From Acidobacteria bacterium 13_1_20CM_3_53_8 (GTDB lineage Bacteria > Acidobacteriota > Blastocatellia > Pyrinomonadales > Pyrinomonadaceae): a stretch of DNA of 64,000 nucleotides. The position numbers were made by a program, and so were the translations under genes. Shown here piece by piece: positions 51,937 to 60,687 of the stretch (positions are counted from its first letter, which is position 1; each line of letters opens with the position of its first letter). The stretch is from NCBI GenBank assembly GCA_001920415.1, contig MNJR01000004.1:1479-65478 (forward strand), given 5' to 3'. Below the pieces are notes generated by a model, which was not told where the DNA came from, made no database searches, and worked only from the letters and a program-made list of their open reading frames with translations.

Positions 51937-54044
51937 CGAATCTGCTCGGACAGACGCTGGACGAAAAATATCTGATTGAGAGAGAGCTAGGCCGTGGCGG
52001 GATGGGCGCGGTCTATCTGGCGACGCACGTGGGCACGGGGCGCGTCGTAGCTGTGAAAGTCATCGCGCCTGAGTTCATGCGTCACAGCGAGTTCGTAGAG
52101 CGTTTCAAGCGCGAGGCGCGCGCAGCCGGTCGCCTTCGCCACCCGAACGTTGTTGATGTGACGGACTTCGGCTTTGCTCGCGTAGGAGCGGAGCGCGTGG
52201 CCTATTTAGTGATGGAATATCTGGACGGCTGCACGCTGGCAGAGATTCTGGCCGAAGAGTCAAGCTTGCCGCTCAACTGGGTCGTTGACATACTTGAACA
52301 GACTTGCTCGGCTGTGGAGAGCGCGCACCGGCAGGGCATCATTCACCGCGATTTGAAGCCCGACAACATCTGGCTTGAGCCGAACCAGCGCGGCGGCTAC
52401 ACGGTCAAGGTTCTGGACTTCGGAATCGCCAAACTCGCGGAGCAAGCAGATCAGGGACTGGAAGAGCAGGCGGCTCACACTCCAAACAAGTCCGATTCAT
52501 CAACCAACTCTCAAACGCATCACTCCTCGTCGCTCGAACTCCCAACGCTTGCGCTTGCATCTTCGTCAACGCCGACTGACGCAGCCGAAAGCACAGGCGC
52601 GACTTCGCACGTGCGACAGACAGCAAGCTCTTCATTGCTCGATACAGAATTGAACGAGTCTGCCACGCTGTTGCAGCCTGCATCAACAAAGAATACAGAG
52701 ACTGCGGAAGCGGCGACGCGGCTTCTTTCGCACGCAGTTGATGACGAAGAAGCAGGTACGCGCATACTTGAGCCGCGCACAACAACGGAGCGCAACTTGT
52801 CGCACACTGCTTCTGCCAGCAGCCTCACGCGCGTTGGCGCGACGCTTGGCACGCCGCTCTACATGTCGCCCGAACAGTGGCGCGGCGAACAATTGGACGC
52901 ACGCTCGGACATCTACTCATTGGGCGTCATAGCCTATCAGATGCTCTCTGGCCGCACGCCCTTCAAGGGCGACCTCACGACCGTCAGCCGCGAGACGCAA
53001 GCCGCCCCGCCTCCGCTGCTCAAGATGAAGAATGTGCCGAAGAAGTTCGCGCGCGTTGTGCTGTCTGCGCTGGCCAAGAAGCCGGAAGATCGTCCATCTA
53101 CAGCCCTGGCGCTCGCAAGCGCCCTGCGCGCACACTCGGAAAGCGCAATCATGTTGCTGCGCCACGCACTAACTCTCTTTAGCGAACACATGCCCGTCTT
53201 CCTGCGCCTGGCGCTTCTCGTCAGCATCCCTATGATCGTAGTCAACTTGATGCAACTGGCTCTCGGCCTGTTCGTCGCGCGGCAGGCAGCAGTAAGCAGA
53301 ACGGTAGCCACAGGCGGCGGCCTTGTCTTGAGCGTAAGCAAGACCACAACCACGATTGCCAGTTTTGTGCTGAGCCTGATTACACTGCTCGTAGCAATCC
53401 TGACTGCGGCCATACTGACGGGCGTCACAACGCGGCTGGTCACGCAACTGCTGGCTCAGCCTCTTCGCCCCATTCAACTGCGCCCGGCTTTCAGTGCGCT
53501 CAAACGACGACTGCGCCCCTTTCTGACTACAGCCTTTCTGGTCAGCTTGCTCTCTATGATAGGAATGATTCTGGGCTTAATCCCCGGCCTTATAGTTCTG
53601 GTCAACTACTCAATGGTCACGCCCGTGATGATGATGGAGGAGGGCATGAGCGGGCGCGCAGCCATGAGACGCGCGCGAACTCTTTCAAAGCGATCAAGGC
53701 CGACCGTTATCTTCATAATCTTATTTCAAATCGCCGTGCCTATCCTGACAGCGCTCCTGCTCGCGTTTCTAATCATATCCGTCATCAAAGCCTTCGCCAT
53801 GTCGGGCAGCCACGCCAACACTTTCAGCCTTATCTACCAAGTGATACAGATGCCCATGAACATACTGTTCGGCTCCTTCAGCGCCATCGTCACCGCTCTG
53901 CTTTACTTGAAAACTAGATTGGCCGGAGGCGAGACTTTGAGGGATGCTTTAGGACAGTTCGATTCCGAAGAGTTGCCGCAACGCCGCTGGCAAAAGCGCA
54001 TGCGCGAACGCCTTCAAGTAACCATCAGACAAACACGACACTGA
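51927..54044 (+). CDS. Ser/Thr protein kinase with a low-complexity linker and a multi-pass C-terminal membrane domain
   Basis: Kinase motifs GRGGMGAVYLA, VAVK, HRDLKPDNI, DFGIAK and SPEQ, followed by 5-6 hydrophobic helices. Confidence 0.9.
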   Translation: MALTNLLGQTLDEKYLIERELGRGGMGAVYLATHVGTGRVVAVKVIAPEFMRHSEFVERFKREARAAGRLRHPNVVDVTDFGFARVGAERVAYLVMEYLDGCTLAEILAEESSLPLNWVVDILEQTCSAVESAHRQGIIHRDLKPDNIWLEPNQRGGYTVKVLDFGIAKLAEQADQGLEEQAAHTPNKSDSSTNSQTHHSSSLELPTLALASSSTPTDAAESTGATSHVRQTASSSLLDTELNESATLLQPASTKNTETAEAATRLLSHAVDDEEAGTRILEPRTTTERNLSHTASASSLTRVGATLGTPLYMSPEQWRGEQLDARSDIYSLGVIAYQMLSGRTPFKGDLTTVSRETQAAPPPLLKMKNVPKKFARVVLSALAKKPEDRPSTALALASALRAHSESAIMLLRHALTLFSEHMPVFLRLALLVSIPMIVVNLMQLALGLFVARQAAVSRTVATGGGLVLSVSKTTTTIASFVLSLITLLVAILTAAILTGVTTRLVTQLLAQPLRPIQLRPAFSALKRRLRPFLTTAFLVSLLSMIGMILGLIPGLIVLVNYSMVTPVMMMEEGMSGRAAMRRARTLSKRSRPTVIFIILFQIAVPILTALLLAFLIISVIKAFAMSGSHANTFSLIYQVIQMPMNILFGSFSAIVTALLYLKTRLAGGETLRDALGQFDSEELPQRRWQKRMRERLQVTIRQTRH

Positions 54045-54200
54045 AAAGCAGTGACAAGTGACTAGCAAGAGAGAATTTTTAATCTTTAATCTAAATCTTT
54101 TTCAGTTTACAGAAATAAGCTAATTGCGTTCACTTAATTTATGTAAATGAAAAATTAAAAGTGATTCCTGCTCGTCACTTGTCACTTGTCACTGCTTTTC
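54043..54200. repeat. Hairpin with GAAAAGCAGTGACAAGTGAC arms (GTGACAA heptads) and an AT-rich ~118-nt loop between convergent genes
   Basis: gaaaagcagtgacaagtgac (54043-54062) pairs with gtcacttgtcactgcttttc (54181-54200), a perfect 20 bp. Confidence 0.85.
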
Positions 54201-55973
54201 CAGGTACATCTTCGCGGCCATCTTGGCGAGTTTCCACATCTTGCTCCACTTTATTCGCCCTTCCTGATCGCGCCCCGTTAATTTATCTAACAGCAGTTGG
54301 CGGAAATGTTTGCCTTCACGGCGCAGCATGAACTCTTTGGCGAAAGGTTTCGCCGTCTCGAAGAAGCTGAAGCCGGGGTCTGTGACGATGCCTATGCCTT
54401 CCAGAGTCATCAGTGCGCGCATGACGTAGGTGAAGTTGGCTGGAAGTCTAAAGGGGTAATCGTACATCACTTCGGCCAAATCGTAGGTCAACTCTTTGAA
54501 GTTGACTTCGCCCAGTTTCAGATTGAGGTAATGCTGGAAAAGCCCTTCGACCACAGGGCGCACGGATTCCGGGTCAACGCCCGGCTTTAAGAAATTCAGA
54601 TTGATTAAATCCTGCCCCAGCCCGTGAACGTCTCTGCCTACTACGTGGAAGAATGCATCAATCATCATTGATTGCAGGCGCGGCGTGATTCGTCCGGTCA
54701 TGCCGAAGTCGAAGAAGGCCAGCCGCCCGTTATCCATCACCAGCAAATTTCCGGGATGCGGGTCTGCGTGAAAGAAGCCGTCTTCTAGAAGCTGTTTCAA
54801 GTAGGTGCGAACCAGCAGACGGTTTACTTTCACTGCTGAAATTCGTCTAGCGCGCAAGCTTTCAAGATCAATCACCTTCGTGCCGCGTATGAACTCCATC
54901 GTAAGCACGCGCTTTGTAGTATGCGTCCAGTAAATTTTTGGGACATAGACGGCGCGCCACTCACTGAAGTTCGAGCGAAAGCGGTCGGCGTTATGCCCTT
55001 CCTGCACGTAGTCCATCTCTTCGAAGACGGTCACGGCAAATTCTCGGAGCATCCCTTCCCAGTCCGCATTCTCGTTGGCCTGCGGAAAGTAGCGATTCAC
55101 ATGCGCGACCAGGTTGCGAAGGATGGCTATGTCGAAGCTTATAATCTCTCTGAGATGGGGGCGCTGAACTTTGACGGCGACCTCCTGCCCTGTATGCAGG
55201 CGCGCACGATAGACCTGACCCAATGAAGCTGCGGCAATAGGCTCGGCGTCAATCTCCGCATAAACTTCTCGAATCTTTCGACCCAATTCGGATTCAATGC
55301 GCGCGTAAGCTTCTGCTGTAGAGAAAGGCGGCACTTGATCTTGAAGCAGCGCAAGCTCTTTCACATAGGCGAGCGGCAACAGATCGCCGCGCGTGCCTAG
55401 CGCTTGGCCTATCTTGATGAATGTTGGGCCAAGACGTATTAAATTCTCTTTCAGCCAGACAGCTTGTCTTTGATGGTGCGCCTCTTTGTCTTCACCTTCC
55501 GCGCCGCGAAAGATTAGGAAGCGCACCGCGCGAATCAATTTATCAATCGCGCGACGATCAATCTCTCGCGTCCACTGCTGAAACAGAGCTATGCGTCCAC
55601 GCGCTCGCGCCTCCTCCAGATTTCGCTCGGTGATGCGCCGGTTGAAATTCGCGCGTATGTCGTAGCTGTCCAGAAAAAGGTAGAGCGAGAGCGTGCCAAG
55701 AACGCGCGCGATTTTCAGAGTACGAAGCCAGCCGCGCCATCCACGCGCTGATACATCAATAGCTTCCTGCGCAGATTCATCATGCAATCCCGGCAACAAC
55801 ACGAGCGGCTGAGCCTCTCCTACAGTCGCGCCATTTCGCGCCGGAGGCCGTAGCTTCACAACCAGACTCGTGTGACCGTTGCCGCTCGCACCTTTACCAT
55901 CTCTGTTATTGCCGTCACGTCGCTCGCCGCTCGCACGCAAGGGACTCACCTTTTCTTGCTCAACATCCATCAT
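54189..55973 (-). CDS. ABC1/UbiB-family atypical kinase
   Basis: Motifs [34 protein letters not shown] and DFGM. Confidence 0.9.
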   Translation of the reverse strand: MMDVEQEKVSPLRASGERRDGNNRDGKGASGNGHTSLVVKLRPPARNGATVGEAQPLVLLPGLHDESAQEAIDVSARGWRGWLRTLKIARVLGTLSLYLFLDSYDIRANFNRRITERNLEEARARGRIALFQQWTREIDRRAIDKLIRAVRFLIFRGAEGEDKEAHHQRQAVWLKENLIRLGPTFIKIGQALGTRGDLLPLAYVKELALLQDQVPPFSTAEAYARIESELGRKIREVYAEIDAEPIAAASLGQVYRARLHTGQEVAVKVQRPHLREIISFDIAILRNLVAHVNRYFPQANENADWEGMLREFAVTVFEEMDYVQEGHNADRFRSNFSEWRAVYVPKIYWTHTTKRVLTMEFIRGTKVIDLESLRARRISAVKVNRLLVRTYLKQLLEDGFFHADPHPGNLLVMDNGRLAFFDFGMTGRITPRLQSMMIDAFFHVVGRDVHGLGQDLINLNFLKPGVDPESVRPVVEGLFQHYLNLKLGEVNFKELTYDLAEVMYDYPFRLPANFTYVMRALMTLEGIGIVTDPGFSFFETAKPFAKEFMLRREGKHFRQLLLDKLTGRDQEGRIKWSKMWKLAKMAAKMYLEKQ

Positions 55974-56019
55974 CTTAATACTAAGAGAAACCTGTTACGA
56001 TACTATAGCAACTGCTTAA

Positions 56020-56102
56020 CTCTTTGCGCTCTCGCTTTGCGCCTTGGCGTGAGGATTAGGTCTCACGCAAAGCCGCTAAGACGCTAAGAAAACGCAAAAG
56101 AG
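56020..56102. repeat. Imperfect hairpin with CTTTGCG-repeat arms downstream of ribF; likely a terminator
   Basis: ctctttgcgctctcgctttgcgccttggcgtgag pairs with ctcacgcaaagccgctaagacgctaagaaaacgcaaaagag. The core stem is gcgtgag/ctcacgc. Confidence 0.55.
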
Positions 56103-56127
56103 ATTTTGAAACACGCTCTAAATTTCT

Positions 56128-57081
56128 TCAAACCATCGCCAGCGTGCGACGCACGCCGCCGCGCTCGAAATAGTCGCTCGCGCGCCGAACGTCGCGCTCA
56201 ATCTGTTTCCTCAAATCTTCCAGCCCGGCGAACTTGCGCTCGTCGCGCAAGCGATGAAGGAAGCGCACGCGAACCACGTCGCCGTACAAATCCCCTGACC
56301 AATTCATTACGAACGTTTCGACGGAAGGTTCCGCCGCATCATTAAACGTAGGGCGCGTGCCGACGTTTGTGAGACTTCGCCGCCACGCGCCCTCAACCAA
56401 TGTAGCCGTAACGTAAACTCCTGCACGTGGTATGACGCGGTTCTGCGCTCTGAGGTTGGCCGTTGGAAAGCCCAGACTGTGACCGCGCGCGTCGCCGTGA
56501 ATGACGCGCCCTTCCACGCCGTAAGGGCGGCCAAGCATACGGCGCGCAAGGTTGACTCGCCCTTCTGAGAGCAACTGTCGAATACGGCTTGAGCTGATGC
56601 GCTGGCCGCGCAGTCGAACCTCCGGCACTTCGTCAGCGAAAAATCTTAGCCGCTTACTCACCTTTCTCAGGAGCTTTATGTTCCCCTCGCGGTCATGACC
56701 GAACGCGAAGCCGCGTCCCAGATAAACCTCTTTCGCGTGAAGTCGCTCTTCAACCACGTCGCGCAAGAAATCTTCCGCGCGAATCTGCGAGAAGGCGCGC
56801 GTGAAACGTATGACTATAGCCTGCTCAACGCCCAGCACGCCTAGCGCCTCTATCTTCTGATCCAGAGTTTGCAGAAGCGGAGGCGCAGATTCTGGATGAA
56901 GCACAGCGCGCGGGTGAGGATCGAAAGTTATCACGGTCGGGACCGACTTCATTGCGCGCGCACGTTCCACAACAGTTCTCACAATCAACTGATGCCCCAG
57001 GTGCAGCCCGTCGAACACGCCCAGCGTCAGCACCGTTGGCCGCGCAATCTCCGCATTGTCAGTTCCGTGAAAAAGCTTCAT
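56128..57081 (-). CDS. ribF: Bifunctional riboflavin kinase / FMN adenylyltransferase
   Basis: Motifs LTLGVFDGLHLGHQ, GFPTANL, and the C-terminal riboflavin kinase segment ...EVHLLDF-like (VETFVMNWSGDLYG). Confidence 0.95.
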   Translation of the reverse strand: MKLFHGTDNAEIARPTVLTLGVFDGLHLGHQLIVRTVVERARAMKSVPTVITFDPHPRAVLHPESAPPLLQTLDQKIEALGVLGVEQAIVIRFTRAFSQIRAEDFLRDVVEERLHAKEVYLGRGFAFGHDREGNIKLLRKVSKRLRFFADEVPEVRLRGQRISSSRIRQLLSEGRVNLARRMLGRPYGVEGRVIHGDARGHSLGFPTANLRAQNRVIPRAGVYVTATLVEGAWRRSLTNVGTRPTFNDAAEPSVETFVMNWSGDLYGDVVRVRFLHRLRDERKFAGLEDLRKQIERDVRRASDYFERGGVRRTLAMV

Positions 57082-57083
57082 AA

Positions 57084-57204
57084 GTGATAAGTGATGAGTG
57101 ATAAGTGATAAGTGATAAGAGAGAAGATAGCTGACAGCTATTAGCTAATGGCTATTAGCTTTGACTCCAATCTTTCTTATCACTTATCACTCATCACTTA
57201 TCAC
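57084..57204. repeat. Family-C hairpin with a family-F core in the loop
   Basis: The left arm is five GTGATAA/GTGATGA heptads (57084-57118) and the right arm is cttatcacttatcactcatcacttatcac (57176-57204). The loop holds agctgacagctattagctaatggctattagctttgactcc. Confidence 0.9.
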
Positions 57205-57954
57205 TAAATTATCGTATGCCCACTCAACGCCGCGTGGGAGTTTAGGGGAGTCACGCTCGTGCCGAACATCGTGCGCGATGTGCGTAAAGAAAGTTCTACG
57301 AGGTTTTAATTCACTCACATATTCAAGCGCGCGTTCTACCCACAGGTGCGTGGGGTGTTCGCGGAAGCGCAGGCAGTCGAGCACAAGTACATCAAGACCA
57401 CTGAGCGCAGCAATCGTGGCGGGCGGAATCTCGTTCAAATCAGTTGCGTAGGCGAAGTCGTTGAAGCGATATGCGATGACTGGCAGGCGACCGTGAATCA
57501 CCTCAAGGGGCGTGACCTGCAAATCAGGGCCGATGCAGAATGGCGCGCCCGCGACGACCGTGTGCGCAAGGATTTGCGGCAGGCCGCCGCCGAAGTATGT
57601 AGGCTCGAAGACGTACTTGAAGATGCGGCGAATGTCTACCCAGGCGCGCTCGTTGGCATAAACGCCCAAAGCGCCGTGCCGAAAGTTTAAGGGGCGAATG
57701 TCATCGAGTCCGAAGATGTGGTCGGCGTGACAGTGCGTGATGAGAACGGCGTCTAGCCACTTTATTTTTTGACGAAGAGCTTGCTGTCGAAAATCCGCCG
57801 AAGTGTCAACGAGAACCGTCTGCCCTCCATGCTCTATCAGAACCGAAACGCGCAGCCGCTTGTCGCGCGCATCATCCGACACGCACGTCTCACACTCGCA
57901 CCCGATGGACGGCACGCCTGTAGAAGTTCCAGTTCCGAGAAAGGTCAGCTTCAT
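57187..57954 (-). CDS. MBL-fold metallo-hydrolase (PhnP/GPMB-like)
   Basis: Motif THCHADH (HxHxDH). The last five codons (VISDE) and the stop lie inside the family-C arm. Confidence 0.85.
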   Translation of the reverse strand: MKLTFLGTGTSTGVPSIGCECETCVSDDARDKRLRVSVLIEHGGQTVLVDTSADFRQQALRQKIKWLDAVLITHCHADHIFGLDDIRPLNFRHGALGVYANERAWVDIRRIFKYVFEPTYFGGGLPQILAHTVVAGAPFCIGPDLQVTPLEVIHGRLPVIAYRFNDFAYATDLNEIPPATIAALSGLDVLVLDCLRFREHPTHLWVERALEYVSELKPRRTFFTHIAHDVRHERDSPKLPRGVEWAYDNLVISDE

Positions 57955-58035
57955 CAGTTTTCAGTTTTCAGTTTTCAGTTTTCAGATGAAGCGAAAAGCT
58001 TTTACTTAAAACTGAAAACTGAAAACTGAAAACTG
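57955..58035. repeat. Family-E hairpin: (CAGTTTT)4 / (AAAACTG)n arms
   Basis: cagttttcagttttcagttttcagttttcag (57955-57985) pairs with ctgaaaactgaaaactgaaaactg (58012-58035). It fills the whole gap between two minus-strand genes. Confidence 0.9.
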
Positions 58036-58036
58036 T

Positions 58037-58621
58037 TTACTTCCCTCCAATGATGTCGCGCCCTGTGAAGCCGCGTCGTGGCTGTGGCGATTGCGTGAGC
58101 GAGACGTATTGCATGCGCAGGTCTGAGAGCAGACCGTCCAGGATTTGCTGTTCCTGCGCGGCCAAGTTGCCGCGTGTCTTCTGGCGCAGCATGCCCAGGA
58201 TGTCTATCCAGTGTTTGGCAAGCTCCAGGTCAACGTCGCGCTCCCCTGTCACGGGATGCTCCATCATGCCCAGCGAACTGGCCGCGTTCGACGCGATTGA
58301 CATGATGAAGTTGACAAAGCTGGCAGGATCATTCGCGCCCGGAATCTCTTCCGCCTCGCCTTCCGTCTCTGTGCTTCTTTCCGCATGCGATTGAGTTTCT
58401 TCGATAGGCGCGGGCTGCTCGGCTTCAGCTTCTGCCGCCGCAGAAGCTGAAGGCTGCGTGCTTGCTGTGACTGAAGCTGAAGCCACTTGCGGTTCGACAG
58501 CCGGTTGTGTGGCCGCATCGGTTTGCGCTTCCGTCTCCTCGCGCGGCACTTCGCGCGGCGTGCCGTCCGGGTTGAAGAGACGGCGGTCTGTGACTTTGAA
58601 AATGGGTTGTTCTTCGCTCAT
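58037..58621 (-). CDS. DUF1844 domain protein
   Basis: Acidic low-complexity N-terminal half, then FVNFIMSIASNAASSLGMMEHPVTGERDVDLELAKHWIDILGMLRQKTRGNL. Confidence 0.75.
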   Translation of the reverse strand: MSEEQPIFKVTDRRLFNPDGTPREVPREETEAQTDAATQPAVEPQVASASVTASTQPSASAAAEAEAEQPAPIEETQSHAERSTETEGEAEEIPGANDPASFVNFIMSIASNAASSLGMMEHPVTGERDVDLELAKHWIDILGMLRQKTRGNLAAQEQQILDGLLSDLRMQYVSLTQSPQPRRGFTGRDIIGGK

Positions 58622-58757
58622 CTTAACTCTTCCCTGAAAGACGCAGAAGCCTCAACCGCGTAGGCCGCTTCCGAAGCCATGCGCCATAATCTATGAAATT
58701 TCATTTGATGTCTTGATGGTAACATCCCTATCTGCGCGCTCGCAAGAAAGCTAAAAA

Positions 58758-58888
58758 CAGTTTTCAGTTTTTAGTTTTCAGTTTTCAGAGTAAGAACCCG
58801 GCTTGGAGGATGCGAACCAAAGCTTTAGACTCTAACCCTGGACTGTTGAGATACGAACTTAAAACTGAAAACTAAAAACTGAAAACTG
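58758..58888. repeat. Family-E hairpin, second copy, with a 76-nt loop in a divergent intergenic region
   Basis: cagttttcagtttttagttttcagttttcag (58758-58788) pairs with ctgaaaactaaaaactgaaaactg (58865-58888). It ends 5 nt before the mazG ATG. Confidence 0.9.
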
Positions 58889-58893
58889 CTCTT

Positions 58894-59730
58894 ATGTCCG
58901 ATTCATTTGATGATCTGGTTGCGTTGATGGCTCACTTGCGCTCCGCTGCGGGGTGCCCGTGGGATAGGGAACAGACCTTTGAGACTCTTGCGCCTATGCT
59001 GGTTGAAGAGGCTTATGAAGTTTTCGAGGCTGCGCAGGTGGCAAGCGAAGGTCGTACAGAAAACCTTCGGGACGAACTCGGCGACCTTCTTTTCCAGATA
59101 CTCTTTTATGCTCAAATTGCGTCGGAGCGTAATGAGTTCACGATTGACGACGTTGCGCGCGCAGTCCACGCGAAGATGGTGCGCCGTCATCCGCATGTGT
59201 TCGGTGATGCACAGGCGGAGACTTCCCCAGAAGTTCTGCGTAACTGGGAAGAGATAAAAGCTGTAGAGAAGCGCGCTGCGGGCGACGCCGAGCGACAGGA
59301 CAAATCTTTGCTTAATGAGATTTCATTGAAGACTCCGGCGCTTGTTGAAGCCCGAAAACTTTCGTCCAGAGCAGCGCGAGTCGGCTTCGACTGGAAGCAG
59401 TTGGAAGACATCTTCGATAAGCTGCACGAAGAGATAGAGGAACTACGCGGTGCCATACGCGAGCGCGATGAATCCAGTTCAGGCGAGGCATCCGAGACGC
59501 GCGTGAATGAAGAGATAGGAGATGTGCTCTTCGCAGTTGCGAACATCGCGCGCCATTTGAAGGTCGAGCCTGAATCAGCCCTGAAACTCACAAACCGCAA
59601 GTTCCGCCGCCGCTTTCGTCACATCGAGCGAAAATTAATGGAACAAGGTCGAACACTCGAAGACGCCACGCTCGACGAGATGGAGGCGCTGTGGCAGGAA
59701 GCGAAAAAGCAGGTGACAAGTGATGAGTGA
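58894..59730 (+). CDS. mazG: Nucleoside triphosphate pyrophosphohydrolase MazG
   Basis: Motifs CPWDREQTFETLAPMLVEEAYEV and ELGDLLFQ, plus a second EEIGDVLFAV repeat. Confidence 0.95.
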   Translation: MSDSFDDLVALMAHLRSAAGCPWDREQTFETLAPMLVEEAYEVFEAAQVASEGRTENLRDELGDLLFQILFYAQIASERNEFTIDDVARAVHAKMVRRHPHVFGDAQAETSPEVLRNWEEIKAVEKRAAGDAERQDKSLLNEISLKTPALVEARKLSSRAARVGFDWKQLEDIFDKLHEEIEELRGAIRERDESSSGEASETRVNEEIGDVLFAVANIARHLKVEPESALKLTNRKFRRRFRHIERKLMEQGRTLEDATLDEMEALWQEAKKQVTSDE

Positions 59731-59844
59731 TAAGTGACAAGAAAAAGACGAACTGCTATCTTATTTGCTGCGACCTGTTGGCGGTCTGATGTGGTCGCAA
59801 CTCCTCTTGTTGTTTCTTATCACTCATCACTTATCACTCATCAC
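59713..59844. repeat. Family-C-type hairpin (GTGACAA/GTGATGA/GTGATAA heptads), imperfect
   Basis: gtgacaagtgatgagtgataagtgacaag (59713-59741) pairs with cttatcactcatcacttatcactcatcac (59816-59844). The MazG codons VTSDE and its stop lie in the left arm. Confidence 0.8.
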
Positions 59845-59855
59845 GAGGTATTGAT

Positions 59856-60557
59856 ATGGCAATGATTCAGTTCGTTCAGAATTACGATGATCTTTCGACG
59901 GATAGAGGCTTTCAGTTCAAGTTCCACTGCGACAAATGCGGCAACGGTTTCATGTCGCACTTCCAGCCTTCTACGCTTGGCACGGCAGGGTCGCTGCTGC
60001 GCGCCGCAGGAGATTTATTCGGCGGCTGGGCTAGCTCCGCAGGAAACTCTGCATACGAGATGCAGCGCGCCGTAGGCGGCAAGGCGCACGACGAGGCTCT
60101 GATGAAAGCCGTCGCAGAGGGCAAGGAACATTTTCATCAATGCTCGCGCTGCGGTCGCTGGGTCTGCCCGGAAGTATGCTGGAACGCTAACGCAGGTCAA
60201 TGCGAAGATTGTGCGCCCGATTTTCAAGAGGAGATGGCTTCGTCGCACGCTCATGCCAAAGCCGAAGCTGCGCGCCAGCAACTCTACGAGCGAGCGCAGC
60301 AAACAGATTACGCCTCGAACATTGATATGGGCGTAGACGCTCACGTTCGCGCGCCATCGCCAGCAGCGCAGCAAAAGGCAGCCGCCGCTGCCAACTGCTC
60401 GTCGTGCGGCGCTGAAGTCGGCAAGGCGAAGTTCTGTCCCGAATGCGGCGCGCCCACCAAGCCACAGAAGCTCACCTGCCCCGGCTGCGGCCATCAGCCC
60501 GAAGGCTCGCCTAAATTTTGTCCTGAATGCGGAATGAAACTGCCGCTCATAAGTTAA
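59856..60557 (+). CDS. Zinc-ribbon domain protein
   Basis: CxxC pairs: CDKCGN..., CSRCGRWVCPEVC, CSSCGAEVGKAKFCPECGAP and CPGCGHQPEGSPKFCPECG. Confidence 0.7.
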   Translation: MAMIQFVQNYDDLSTDRGFQFKFHCDKCGNGFMSHFQPSTLGTAGSLLRAAGDLFGGWASSAGNSAYEMQRAVGGKAHDEALMKAVAEGKEHFHQCSRCGRWVCPEVCWNANAGQCEDCAPDFQEEMASSHAHAKAEAARQQLYERAQQTDYASNIDMGVDAHVRAPSPAAQQKAAAAANCSSCGAEVGKAKFCPECGAPTKPQKLTCPGCGHQPEGSPKFCPECGMKLPLIS

Positions 60558-60675
60558 GGCAAAAGGTAAAAGTAAAAAGGCAAAAGTGCGGCGGAAGCCA
60601 ATTTTTTAATAAAAGATGGTTTCAGCCTTCCTTTTGCCTTTTACCTTTTTCCTTTTTACTTCTCCCTTTGCCTTC
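60556..60675. repeat. Family-D hairpin between convergent genes
   Basis: Left arm: aaggcaaaaggtaaaagtaaaaaggcaaaagt. Right arm: cttttgccttttacctttttcctttttacttctccctttgccttc. The loop core is gcggaagccaattttttaat. Confidence 0.8.
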
Positions 60676-60687
60676 TCTTTTCATCGG

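Noticed and set aside
57955-58035. Possible CRISPR array or ordinary microsatellite, given the tandem 7-nt units (CAGTTTT, GTGATAA, GGGATGA)
   Set aside because: The units are 7 nt long with no spacers, and each always occurs as two inverted blocks forming a hairpin. No 25-40-nt direct repeats with unique spacers and no cas genes are present.
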